Source: the human T2T-CHM13v2.0 reference genome, Homo sapiens. Taken from it: a DNA stretch of 64,000 bases. This document shows positions 1 through 12,294 of this stretch, piece by piece. The stretch's first letter is position 1; the number at the start of each line of letters is the position of its first letter. The translations under genes and the position numbers were made by a program. Under the pieces are notes generated by a model, which saw only the letters and a list, made by a program, of their open reading frames with translations, was not told where the DNA came from and did no database searches. Location: assembly GCF_009914755.1 (NCBI RefSeq), contig NC_060947.1. One strand, given 5' to 3'.

Positions 1-583
1 CAGTATAATGTTGGCTGTGTTTGTCATAGATGACTTTTATTACTTTGAGGTATGTCCCTTCTATGCCCATTTTGCTGAGGTTGTTAATCATAAAGGGACA
101 CTGGTGTTTGTCAAATGCTTTTCCTGCATTTATTGAAATGATCATATAATTTGTGTTTTTAATTCTGTTTATGTAATGTATCACATTATTGACTTGCTTA
201 TGTTAAACCATCCCTGAATCCCCAGTATGAAACCCACTTGATGATGGTGCATTATGTTTTTGATATGCTGTTGAATTTTGTTAGCTAGTATTTTGTTGAT
301 GATTTTTTTGCATCTATGTTCATCAGAGATATTAGTCTGTAGTTTTCTTTTTCTGTTATGTTCTTTCCTGGTTTGGGTATTAGGGTGATACTAGCTTCAT
401 AGAATTATTTAGGGAGGATTCCCTATTTCTCTATATTTTGGAATAGTTTCAGTAGGATTGGTATCAATTCTTCTTTGAATGTATGATAGAATTTAGCTGT
501 CAATCCATCTGGTCCTGGACGTTTCTTGGTTGGCAATTTTTAAATTACTGTTTCAATCTTGCTACTTGTTATTGGTCTGTTCA
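1..583 (-). mobile_element. L1 (L1PB-like) ORF2 segment, inverted part of a 5'-inverted L1
   Basis: Colinear with the minus-strand L1 ORF2 at ~31420-32010 of this window (e.g. gtatcaattcttctttgaatg...gaatttagctgt...atccatctggtcctggac). Ends abruptly at attggtctgttca. Confidence 0.85.
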
Positions 584-1077
584 TACCACTGTACTCCTGC
601 AAGAATGGCCATAATTTAAAAAATCAAAAAATGACCAATGTTGGCATGGATGTGTTGAAAAGGGAACACTTTTACACTGCTGATGAGAATGTAAACTAGT
701 ACAGCCACTATGGAAAACAGTGTGGAGATTCCTTAAAAAGCTAAAAGTAGAACTATAATTTGATCCAGCAATCCACTACTGGGTAACTACCCAGAGGAAA
801 AGAAGCTCTTATATGAAAAAGACATTTGGACATGCATGTTTATAGCAGCACAATTCACAATTGCAAAAACACAGAACCAGCCTAAATGCCCAACAACCAA
901 TTAATGGATAAAGAAGATATGATATATATAACACATTTGTATATATATAAACACATTGTGGAATACTACTCAGCCATAAAAAGGAATGAAAGAATAGCAT
1001 TTGCAGCAACCTGGATGAAGGTGGAGACCATTATTCTAAGTGAAGTAACTCAGGAATGGAAAACCAAGCATTGTATG
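583..1077 (+). mobile_element. L1PB-like 3' ORF2 end (forward part), interrupted by HERV-L
   Basis: ORF 886-1089 gives EYYSAIKRNE..FAATWMKVETIILSEVTQEWKTKHC, the L1 ORF2 C-terminus. Confidence 0.9.
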
Positions 1078-1485
1078 TGTGATGGTTAATACTGAGTGTC
1101 AACTTGATTGGATTGAAGGATGCGATATTGATCCTGGGTGTGTCTGTGAGGGTGTTGCCAAAGGAGATTAACATTTGAGTCAGTGGGCTGGAGAAGGCAG
1201 ACCCACCCTTAATCAAGTGTGCACCATTTAATCAGCCGCCAGTGAATATAAAGCAGACAGAAAAACACGAAGTGAGAGATAGGCCTAGCCTCCCAGCCTA
1301 CATCTTTCTCCCATCCTGGATGTTTCCTGCCTTTGAACATTGGACTCCAAGTTCTTAAGTTTTGGGACTTGGACTAGCTCTCCTTGCTCTTCAGCTTGCA
1401 GACAGCTCATTGTGGGACCTTGTGATTGTGTAAGTTAATACCTAACAAACTCTCCTATATCTATATCTATATCTATATACAAAGA

Positions 1486-1521
<36 letters not shown>

Positions 1522-1588
1522 CCACTAGTACAACTATACATACATACACATCTTATTAGTTCTGTCCCTCTAAGAAAACACAGACTAA
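1078..1588 (+). repeat. 5' LTR (MLT2A1-like), lacking its last bases
   Basis: Starts tgtgatggttaatactgagtgtcaacttgattggattg. Homologous to 7242-7715. Internal (TATC)n/(TG)n/(TA)n microsatellite at ~1456-1551. Confidence 0.9.
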
Positions 1589-1657
1589 GGAACAGAATAT
1601 TAAGGATGGAGTTCTTTCGCTAGTTTGGGAATTTCTAGAGTTGGCTGCTTACTATGA

Positions 1658-3344
1658 TTGGACCCAAAAAATGCTAAGGACTCTACTTCTAATAATAGGG
1701 AGAACACTGATAGTACATGGAGGAGACTGTTTAGAGAGTTATGCAAAATAAATGCATTTGACACTCCTGATTCACTGCTTGTGAGAGGCAAGGAGTTTAG
1801 TGACTCTATACATAATACCTTTGACCATATGTGGAGAACCAAGGAACATAATGAAGCTGGTTGGTTGCTCCTAAGTTCAGTGAAAAAAGCAATGAAAGAA
1901 GATGATGAACTCAGGAACTCTGTCTCCCAGCTTCAGAAGCAGATACTGAGCCTCAAATCTGCTAAGATTGCCTAGAATAAGAGTCTTATTTCCTGTAGAG
2001 AAAGAGCTGAAATTGTGGAAAAACAGAAACAAGCTCTTACATGTGAATGGCTAACCTGCAATGAAAGGTGCATGCACAGTCTTGCCAGGTGTCTACTGTT
2101 AAAGTGAGGGCAATGACTGGAAAAAATGAGATCCTGCAACTTGGAATGGGGACATGTGGGAAGACCTGATGAAGCTGGGGACACTGAGTTTGTAAACTCT
2201 GATAAACGTTTTTTGCCAGAAGGAACAGCTTCCCCATCCACAGTAGTGGCGACATCCCCTCCCTGAACCATGCTGCCATCAGCCTTTCCACATTGGTCTG
2301 AGGAGATAAACCCTACACTGCCTGAGGCAACAGTGATGGCCTCCCCTGAGGCAGTTGCCAGACAAGATAATGTTGATTCTCCTCAGGAGCCACCCCGAAC
2401 ACCTCTGTTTGCTTCTAGACCTATAACTAAAGTCCCAGTGAGCCCCTAGAGGTGAGGTTGAGAATGTGATCCATGAGGAAGTGCAATACACTAGAAAAGA
2501 ACTGTTTGAGTTCTCTAATATATATAAACAGCAATCTGGAGAACAGGCATGGGAATGGATATTAAGGGTATGGGATAATGGTGGAGGGAACATAGAATTG
2601 GATAAGGGTGAATTTATTGATTTGGGCCCACTAAGTAGGGACTCTGCTTTTAATGTTGCAGCTCAGGGAGTTAAAAAAGGTTCTGACAGTTTATTTGCTT
2701 GGTTAGCTGAAATATGGATTAAAAGATGGCCCACTGCGAGTGAGCTGGAAATGCCTGATCTCCCTTGGGTTAATGTAGAGGAAGGGATCCAAAGGCTGAG
2801 GGAGATTGGCATTGTGGAGTAGATTAGTCACTTTAGATCTACTCATCCCAGCTGGGAGGGTCCAGAAGATATACCCTTGACGAATGCCTTGCAAAATGGA
2901 TTTGTGAGAGCAGCACCTGCATCTTTGAAGAGCCATGTAATTGCTCTTCTCTGTATGTCAGACATAATGGTGAGAACTGCAGTCACTCAACTACAAAATT
3001 TAAATACAATGGGAATAATTGGATCCCGAGGTGGCAGGGGCCAAGTGGTGCCACTCAACCATCAAAGGCAAGGTGGGCATAGCTACCATAATGGACAGCA
3101 GAAGCAAAACAGCAATCAGGATAGTCAGACTCATGTAGAGCTCTGGCATTGGCTAATCAATCATGGTGTTCCTAGAAATGAAATTGATAGGAAGCCTACC
3201 GCATTCCTACTTAATTTATACAAACAGGAAACTTCTAGGCCGAATGGACACATGACTAATATGAATTACAGAAACAGAGATTCATGGCCCTCCAATCCAT
3301 TTCCAGACATGAGCCAGTTTACAGACACAGAACCTCCTGAATGA
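1658..3344 (+). pseudogene. gag: HERV-L gag remnants (frameshifted, with stops)
   Basis: ORF fragments 1658-1975, 2466-2822 (YKQQSGEQAWEWILRVWDNGG) and 2877-3344 (LWHWLINHGVP) are typical of ERVL gag. Confidence 0.85.
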
Positions 3345-3419
3345 AGGGGAGCCCAGGTCCCCTTGAGGAAGGACCCCACTACATTACTGACAATTTATGC
3401 AGTGAATCTTTCTCCCATC

Positions 3420-6400
3420 CTTCCCTGAGGAGACCTCCAGCCTTTTGCGAGGGTAACTGTGCATTGGGGGAAGGGAAATGATAATATGCAAGCGATAATA
3501 TGCAAGAAGGTAAATAAATATATGCAAGTGTGGAAAGAAATTTTGGGGACTAATGGACAGTGGCTCTGAGCTGACATTGATTCCAGGGGACCCAAAACGT
3601 CACTGTGGTCCTCCAGTTAAATAAGGGCTTATGGAAGTCATGTAATTAATGGAGTTTTAGCTCAGGTCCAACTTACAGTGGGTCCCTGGACTCATCCTGT
3701 GGTCATTTCTCCAGTGCCAGAATGCATAATTGGCATAGACATATACAGCAGCTGGCAAAACCCCCACATTGGCTCCCTGACTGGTAGGGTGAGGGTTATT
3801 ATAGTGGGAAAGGCCAAATGGAAGCCATGAGAGCTGCCTCTATCTAGAAAACTAGTAAATCAAAAGGAATATCGCATACCTGGAGGGATTGCAGAGATTA
3901 GTGCCACCATCAGGGACTTGAAAGATGCAGGGGTGTGATTCACACCCCATCCCTGTTCAACTCTCCCATTTGGCCTGTGCAGAAGACAGATAGATCCTGG
4001 AGAATGACAGTGGATTATTGCTTAACCAAGTGGTGACTGCAATTGCAGCTGCCATACCAGATGTGGTTTCATTGCTTAAGCAAATTAACACATCTCCTGA
4101 TACCTGCTGACTTGGCAAATGCCTTTTTCTCCATTCCTGTCCATAAGGCCCACCAGAAGCAATTTACCTTCAGCTGGCAAGGCCAGCTGAATAGTCAGAC
4201 AAGTCAGTCTACCTTTGCTGTCTAACCTCCGGGGTATATCAATTCTCCGAATTTGTGTCATAATCTCATTTGGAGAGACCTTGATTGCTTTTTGCTTTCA
4301 CAAGATATCGCACTGGTCCATTACACTGATGACATTATGCTGATTGGATCCAGTGAGCAAGATGCAGCAAACACACTGGACTTTTTGGTGAGACATTTGT
4401 GTGCCAGAGGATGAGAAATAAATTTAACTAAAATTCAGGACCTTCTACCTCGGTAAAATTTCTAGGAGTCCAGTGGTGTGGGGCCTGTCGAGATATTCCT
4501 TCTAAGATGAAGGATAAGTTGCTGCATTTGGCCCCTCCTACGACCAAGAAAGAGGCACATCTAGTGGGCCTATTTGGATTTTAGAGGCAACACATTCCTT
4601 GTTTGAGTGTCTTACTCTGGGCCATTTATTGAGTGTTCTGAAAGGCTGCCAGTTTTGGATGGTGTCTACAACAGGAGAAGGCTCTGCAACAGGTCCAGAG
4701 TGCTGTGCAAGCTACTCTCCTACTTGGGCCATATGACCTAGCAGATCCAATGGTGCTTGAGGTGTCAGTGGCAGGTAGGGATGCCATTTAGAGCCCTTGG
4801 CAGGCCCCCATTGGTGAATCACAGCAGAGGCCTCTAGGATTTTGGAGCAAGGCCCAGTCATCTTCTGCAGATAACTACTCTTCTTTTGAGAGGCAGCTCT
4901 TAGCCTGTTACTGGGCTTTGGTGGAAAATGAACGTGTGTCTATGGGTCAAGTCACCATGCGACCTGAACTGCCTGTCATGAACTGGGTGCTTTTTGACCC
5001 ATCTAGTCATAACATGGGGCATGCACAGCAGCATTCCATCGTCAAATGGAAGTGGTATATATGTGATAGGCCTTGAGCAGGTCCTGAAAGCACAAGTAAG
5101 TTACATGAGGAAGTGGCTCAAATGCCCATGATCTGCACTCCTGCCACCCTGCCTTCTCTCCCCCAGTCTGCACCAATGGCCTCATGGGGAGTTCCCTATG
5201 ATCAGTTGACAGAAGAAGAGAAGACTAGGGCCTGGTTCACAGATGGTTCTGCACGATATGTAGGCACCACCCAAAAGTGGACAGCTGCAGCACTACAGCC
5301 CCTTTCCAGGACATCCCTGAAGGACATTGGTGAAGGGAAATCTTCCCAGTGGGCAGAACTTCAAGCAATGCACCTAGTTGTGCACTTTGCATGGGAGGAG
5401 AAATGACCAGATGTGCGATTATATACTGATTCATGGGCTGTAGCCAATCGTTTGGCTGGATGGTCAGGGACTTGGAAAAAGCCTGATTAGAAAATTAGTG
5501 ACAAATAAATATGGGGAAGAGGTATGTGGATGGACCTCTCTGAGTGGTCAAAAACTGTGAAGGTATTTGTATCCCATGTGAGTGCTCACCAACAGGTGAC
5601 CTCAGCAGATGAGGATTTTAATAATCAAGTGGATAGGATGACCCGTTCTGGGGACACCACTCAGCCTCTTTCCCCAGCCACCCCTATCATCATCCAATGG
5701 GCCTATGAACAAAGTAGCCATGGTGGCAGGGATGGAGGTTATGCATGGGCTCAGCAACATGGACTTTCACTCACCAAGGCTGACCTAGCTATGGCCACTG
5801 TTGAATGCCCAATTTGCCAGTAGCAGAGACCAACACTGAGCCCTGGATGTGGCACCATTCTTTGGGGTGATCAGCCAGCTACCTGGTGGCAGGTTGATTA
5901 TATTGGACCTCTTCCATCATGGAAAGGGCAGACGTTTGTCCTCACTGGAATAGACACTCCAGATATGGGTTTGCCTATCCTACATGCAATGCTTCTGCCA
6001 AGACTACCATCTGTGGACTCACGGAATGCCTTATTCACCATCATGCTTTCCACGCAGCATTGCCTCTCATCAAGGCACTCACTTTATGGATAAAGAAGTG
6101 TGGCAGTGGGCTCATGCTCATGGAATTCACTGGTCTTACCATGTTCCCCATCATTCTGAAGCAGCTGGATTGATAGAACAGTGGAATTGATAGAACAGTT
6201 GAAGTCACAATTACAACACCAACAAGGTGATAATAATTTGCAGGGCTGTGGCAAAGTTCTCCAGAAGGCCGTGTATGCTCTAAATCAGCATCCACTATAT
6301 GGTACTGTTTCTCCCATAGCCATCATTCACGGGTCCAGGAATCAAGAGGTGGAAGTGGAAGTGGCACCACTCACCGTCACCCCTAGTGATCCACTAGCAA
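3420..6400 (+). pseudogene. pol: HERV-L pro-pol remnants (protease, RT, RNase H, integrase)
   Basis: Protease GLMDSGSEL at ~3547-3573. RT DLANAFFSIP at ~4108 and HYTDDIML (decayed YIDD) at ~4319. RNase H WFTDGSA at ~5233. Integrase HGG..ECPICQ and WQVDYIGPL at ~5720-5915. Many stops and frameshifts. Confidence 0.9.
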
Positions 6401-6933
6401 AATTTTTGCTTCCTGTTCCCGCAACATTATGTTCTGCTGGCCTAGAGGTCTTATTTCCAGAGGGAGGAACGCTGCCATGAGGAGACACAACAACAATTCC
6501 ATTAAACTGGAAGTTAAGATTGCCACCTGCACACTTTGGGCTCCTCCTACCTTTAACTCAGCAGGCTAAGATGAGAGTTACAGTGTTGGCTGGGGTGATT
6601 GACCCAGACTATCAAGATGAAATCACTCTACTACTCCACAACACAGGTAAGGAAGAGTATGCATGGAATACAGGAGACCCATTAGGGCGTCTCTTATTAG
6701 TACCATGCTCTGTGATTAAGGTCAATGGGAAACTACAACAGCCCAATCCAGGCAGGACTACAAATGACCCAGACCCTTCAGGAATGAAGGTTTGGGTCAC
6801 TCCACTACGAAGAAAACCACGACCTGCTGAGGTGCTTGCTGAAGGCAAAGGGAATACAGAATGGAGAGGAGAAGAAGGTAATCTTCAATACCAGCTACAA
6901 CTGAGTGACCAGCTGCAGAAACAAGGACTGTAA
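6400..6933 (+). pseudogene. HERV-L dUTPase remnant and pol C-terminus
   Basis: PPAHFGLLLP...GVIDPDYQ dUTPase motifs downstream of integrase, the characteristic ERVL arrangement. Stop at 6478-6480. Confidence 0.85.
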
Positions 6934-7241
6934 TTGTCATGAGTATTTCCTCCTTTTGTTAAAAACATGTTTGTGCATGTATACACTTGTAGTAAGACAA
7001 TATCTTCATTTTATTTCCTTTTCTTTTATCATGTGACATAAGATTTATTGACTTCATATCAGCATTTAAATATTGTTAACTTTATGTAGCAGTATTTGGG
7101 TTGGGGATCAGTGTGTTTCCGGTTGTACGAAGGATAGTTGTATTATGTTAGGCATAATTATAACCTTATTATTGTCTTTATTTGAAGATTATGTACGATC
7201 TCAGGAGATGTTTATGGGTTCAAGTTGACAAGGGGTGGACT

Positions 7242-7715
7242 TGTGATGGTTAATACTCAATATCAACTTGATTGGATTGAAGGATGCAATATTGATCCTG
7301 AGTGTGTCTGTGAGGGTGTTGCCAAAGGAGATTAACATTTGAGTCAGTGGGCTGGAAAAGGCAGACCCACCCTTAATTGGGTTGGCACCATCTAATCAGT
7401 TGCCAGTGAATATAAAGCGGGCAGAAAAACGTGAAGCTAGAGACAGGCCTAGCCTCCCAGACTATATCTTTCTCCCATGCTGGATGCTTCCTGCCCTCGA
7501 ACATTGGACTCCAAGTTCTTCAGTTTTGGGACTCACACTAGCTCTCCTTGCTCCTCAGCTTGCAGTCAGCCTACTGTGTGACCTCTTGATGGTGTAAGTC
7601 AACACTTAATAAAATCCCCTATATATATACACACATATACATTTATATATATAATAGGAATATATATGTATATATATAATTAATTCTGTCCCTCTAGAGA
7701 ACCCTGACTAATACA
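7242..7715 (+). repeat. 3' LTR (MLT2A1-like)
   Basis: TG...CA termini, AATAAA at 7608, preceded by the PPT and followed by TSD GTATG. Confidence 0.93.
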
Positions 7716-7980
7716 GTATGTTATCAATTATAAGCGGAAGCTAACCTATGAGGATGCAAAGGCATAAGAATGATACAATGAACTTTGGGTACTTGGGGGG
7801 AAGGATGGGAGGAGGATGAGGAATAAAAGGCTACACATTGGGCACAGTGTACACTGCTTGGATGATGGTTGCACCAAAGTCTCAGAAATCACCATTAAAG
7901 AACTTTTCCATGCAACCAAACAACACTTGAAACCCCTAAACAATTGAAATTTTAAAAATAAAATAAAAAAGAAATAAAAG
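7716..7980 (+). mobile_element. L1PB-like 3' UTR and A-rich tail (continuation of 583-1077)
   Basis: ctatgaggatgcaaaggcataagaatgataca...ctacacattgggcacagtgtacactgcttggatgatgg; A-rich tail at 7954-7979. Confidence 0.88.
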
Positions 7981-9144
7981 AGTTCTGTTATCTCAATGAA
8001 GAAAATATCCAAACATACATAGTCTCAGCTGACAAACTGTGGGATAAACCCACCAGAGTATATTTGCCTAAGAGAATGAGTAGTTCCCTTAAGCATAACC
8101 CATCTTGTGACTGTTATATAGGGCAAATTTGTCCTAGAATAACTATGTTATACAGGGCAAATTTGTACTAGAATGACAACTAAATGAGAATGACAACTAA
8201 AACAAGGCCTTTATCATAGGAGACGCCTATGAATCTTCATCCCCTTCACCATAAAATGGAAACAGCAATACCTTCCTTGCCTGACTCACCAACTTTTTAG
8301 TTCAATTAAGATAATAGATGCTAAAATAATTTGAAAACTACCATGTGCTATCCAAATATGTTGGTCTTATTAGTCTAGTTGATCAGAAGCAATTGCTCAG
8401 AAACTTAGTTTACTTAAGATGGATTTATCATACACTCCTAGTGTTTCTCTCAACCGTGGCAAATACTAATGCAATCTATTGGATTGAGATGAATTTTTTT
8501 GACATTATTTCAGGTGGAACAGATTTTCCTCACAAGGAGCTTAGTTTTTAATTTCCAATAAGGTTGAAAGGCAAGCATCTAAGAGCAGTAGGGCTTCTGA
8601 TGTAGACCAGTAAATGCTGCAGTGTTTTATTACTTCCATTTGCTATAATACTGCTTTTATTAATATAGTCATCTTCTGGACTCATGCTATCATAGAAAAC
8701 ACATGTGCATGTATTTAAAATGAACTTCTACAGTCCTTCCATTTTCACAGGAGCCTTGCATCAGTTTTTTTTTCTTTTATGCTTTATTGTACTACATGCT
8801 TCCCAATGCTGCCACCCCCTCCTGCTTACCTCAGTGCAGAATACAAACATGTTGACGCTTTGCTTTAACTATTACGATAGTTGGGGAAGCAGTAATGAAA
8901 ATAACCTATCACTCACTTCTAAGTTGTTTTTGTGTATTCTGAATGCATGTATCAAAAGTTGCTTAACATCAAATTACTGGAGAAGCAAAGGGCAAATCTT
9001 TCTCTTTTCTTCTATGTCACCACTATTCTTCCCATTGCTCATGCTTCAAACATGGGTAACAATTCAATTCTAACATTCCCCATAACCTCTCCAAATCATG
9101 TTAACTTTTTTCCCTTGCCTCTCATCTTCTGCTATTGCTTTAGC

Positions 9145-9333
9145 CTGATGGTCCTAAAATTTCAGTGAGCATCAGGATCTCCTGGGAATATTGTTAAAAC
9201 AAACATTGCTGGGCCCCACTCTCAGAGCTTCTGATTCAGTAGGACTGGGATGCAGCCCAAGAATTTGTATGATTAACACAATTCCAGGTGATGCTGATGC
9301 TGCCAGCCTGGGGACCACACTTTGAGAAACACT
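9145..9333. mobile_element. MER5A (hAT-Charlie DNA transposon)
   Basis: gcatcaggatctcctgg...ttctgattcagtagg...ggtgatgctgatgctg...ggaccacactttgagaaacactg matches the recalled MER5A consensus. Confidence 0.85.
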
Positions 9334-9424
9334 GTCATAATCTACTCCTTCTAAATTACTGTAATAGCCCTTTAACATTTGTTTTTCCTTCAATATGCTG
9401 TGCATGCCTACTCCATACAGGAGA

Positions 9425-9580
9425 TAAAGTGGTTACAAAAACAGGTGCTGGAGTCAGAGTTACCTGTGTTTCAATCCTGGTTTTCACTAATTTACTATGT
9501 AATCTCAGGCAAATTACTTATAATCTCTGATTCCTTAGCTTCCCTATCTTAAGTGTTGGATAATTGTAATAATCAAATAA
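9425..9580 (+). mobile_element. MIR fragment
   Basis: ggagtcagag..ttcaatcctgg..ctatgtaatctcaggcaaattactt, the MIR core. Confidence 0.6.
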
Positions 9581-9769
9581 TGATAAAATATCAGGTAATT
9601 ACAATGTAATATAATCAAGGAGTGACTATTGAATCACCTTTGCCATATCCCATTGGTAGAAGCAAGTCACAGCCCACACCCATGCTCATGGGACGATATT
9701 ACACAAAAGTGCAGACATCAGGGGGCAGAATATCATTGGAGCATACAATAATATCTACTACACTGTCCA

Positions 9770-10760
9770 TATTCAAAATTTCCAATAATGTCTTTCTATA
9801 ATTCGGGATCTTATTCAGAAGTACATGTGTTTTTTACTTGTCATATTTCTTCCATTACCTTTAATAAGAACATTTTTCCAAACGTGTGTGTGTGTGTTTG
9901 TGTGTGAGTCTTTGATGATGCTGACAGTTTTGAGGATTGCAGGTTATTTGTTTTGTAGACTATTCTACAATATACGTTTGTCTTATTGTTTCTCCCTGAG
10001 TGGATTCAGGTTGAACATTTTTGCAAGAATATTACATAGGTAATGTACTCTTCTCCTCTCAGCATCTTATTAGGAACTACATAATGTCAGTTTGTTCCAT
10101 ATTGACGATTTTCTTTGTTCATTTAGTTAAAAGTGGCTTCAGCCATTTTCCCTAATGTGAAGGAATTTTTTTTCATTGAGAGTAATCTTTGAAACAATGT
10201 AGTATCCTACTCCTCAAAACATTTTACCATAGAGTTTTAGCATTATTGATAATCCTTTCCATAACCAGTCATTAAATTGGTGATTGCAAATCAAGATTTT
10301 CTAATTTTATCTTTTCTTCTTTAACATAATTTGATATTCTTCTATAAAGAAGATATATCCCCTTCTCCTCCCATGCTACCTTTTTTTCTGTGAATGTGAA
10401 TACTCTTATGAAGTCAGAGGTTTTTTTAATTCAATGTGTTATAAATCAGTTTTGTAAATTTTCCTAACTTTGGCCCCTGAGGGCCTTATTATGTTGGCCT
10501 CTACATTCTTTTGTTATGTTTCCTCAGTTTTTAAGCACTTCCTTACTTTCTCCCATAAGTTATTTGCTCCAAGCTGACCTTGCACTTTGCCTGGAATTAG
10601 ATATTTCCTCAAGGATCACTGACTTCTGGTAGCATGTTATATTTGGACAGAAAGATATGGTTGCTGTATGTGTTCATTGCTACTTGGGGTGTTACCCCAT
10701 TATTACTTACCAGATTTCTCGAAAACAAACGTGTTTTGTATTCACACCTGTAGCTGTTCA
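9770..10760 (-). mobile_element. Old L1 (L1ME/MC-like) 3' region, degraded
   Basis: T-rich, with ttgttttgtagac...ggattcaggttgaacatttttgcaagaatatt typical of old L1 3' ends. Boundaries approximate. Confidence 0.55.
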
Positions 10761-11089
10761 CTACACCCACTTGAAATAGACTGAACCTGACTAAAATGCC
10801 TGAGAGAAATATGACAGTCAATCTCTTTGCTTCACTGTGATCTCTAACAAACAGGTTATTGATAACTTCTGTCTCAATTATCACAGAAATTTTAAACCCA
10901 GTGATGGAATAAGTGGTGGTAAAGAAGAAAAATGAGATAGGAAGAGAGGCAAGGGAGAGGAAGAGAAGGAGAAATAAATATATGCAAGTGTGGAAATAAA
11001 TTTTGGGTGCACCCCAGGTCTCTGCCTTCAGATAATCACTATTTCTAGTGGCTGGTAGGTGATCTAATCTTAGATACATGGTTCTGCCT

Positions 11090-12080
11090 ACTATCTCTAT
11101 CTCCAGCCCTGATTTGTCCCTGGAAATTTAGACTTGTGTATCCAACTGCCTCCTTTTCATCTCTACTTGAATGGTAATAGGCTTCTTAAACATAACAGGG
11201 AAGAAACAAAAATATTTCCTCCAGCTTCCTCATCATAGCAAAATACAAGTCTTTCACCTGTTGCTCATACTACAAACTTAGAAATAATCCTTGATTTCTC
11301 TTTCCTCCACCTCCTATATTCAATTCAGTAAGATTCCTAGCAGCACTATCTCCTAAATATACACTTAACCCTGCCTCTGAATTTAGACTTAACCCTGCCT
11401 CCACTGTTAAAGCCTATTCCAGTAATTTAGATTATGATCATCTTTCACCTAGAATTCTCTAGTTGTCTCCTAACAAGATTTCCAGTTTTCTTTCTTGTTC
11501 ACCTAAAATCCATTAGCCACAAAAATATAGTAATTGATTAAAAATATAAACTGGACATTATTCTCTGACTTCAAACTTTCCAATGGTTTTATTGTTGTCC
11601 AATCAAATTCAGACTGCTCATCTTGGCCTACATGGCTATACGTGGCCTCATTGTTCTTCCTTTTCTTCTTGTTTGGTACAATCCAGCCAAAGTGATTTCT
11701 TTGATTCCTTAAACATGCCTGTTTCTCATATCAGAGGGTCTCCCTGTTTCCTCTACCTCTACTCCTATTTCTCTGCATGGCTGAATTATTCTTACCATTT
11801 AGACCTTAGTTTAAATATCACCTTACCAAAAAAGCCTTTGACCATCCAATATAAACTAGGGACTTCCAGCCAATCTGTCTTGTCATTCTATTATTTTTAT
11901 CATAGCTCTTGTCAAAATCTGTACTTGTTTAACTTTTTACAGTCTGATTCACCCCCACTACAACGTAGGGGCCACAGGAACAGAGTCTTCGTTTGTTTTG
12001 TTCTCTTTTCTATCCCCAGTACTTAGAAGAGTGTCTCATACATAAAGGTGTTGAGTAAAATATGTCAAATAAATACATGG
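11090..12080 (+). mobile_element. L2 (L2a-like) 3' portion
   Basis: ctccagccctga...tatccaactgcctcc...catctctacttgaatg, ending tatccccagtacttagaagagtgtc...aaatatgtcaaataaat. Confidence 0.75.
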
Positions 12081-12175
12081 AAAAACTAAATTAAAACAGC
12101 AAATATGTGAGGGATGAAGTAGAGTGAAGAACAACTTCTGGGTACATATTATGTAAATTGTGTTGTCAACTGAGA

Positions 12176-12177
<2 letters not shown>

Positions 12178-12212
<35 letters not shown>
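12178..12212. repeat. (TA)n microsatellite
   Basis: About 16 AT units read directly. Confidence 0.95.
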
Positions 12213-12217
<5 letters not shown>

Positions 12218-12294
12218 AAACTTACTTTTCTCTTTCCTCAAGATTCTTCAGAAACAAGACAAGAGCCATCACTAGTATATCCTGGCACAGTTTG

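Larger units (their letters stand above)
1078..7715 (+). mobile_element. HERV-L (ERV3/ERVL) provirus, near full length, defective
   Basis: Two homologous LTRs starting TGTGATGG, 3' LTR ending CTAATACA, 5-bp TSD GTATG at 1073-1077 and 7716-7720, polypurine tract aaggggtggact at 7230-7241, gag/pro/pol/dUTPase remnants, no env. Confidence 0.96.

Noticed and set aside
8345-12026. Hydrophobic 70-150 aa ORFs (e.g. 8705-9073, 10609-11079, 11583-12026)
   Set aside because: No recognisable domains, they overlap L2/L1 relics or AT-rich DNA, and they are expected by chance.
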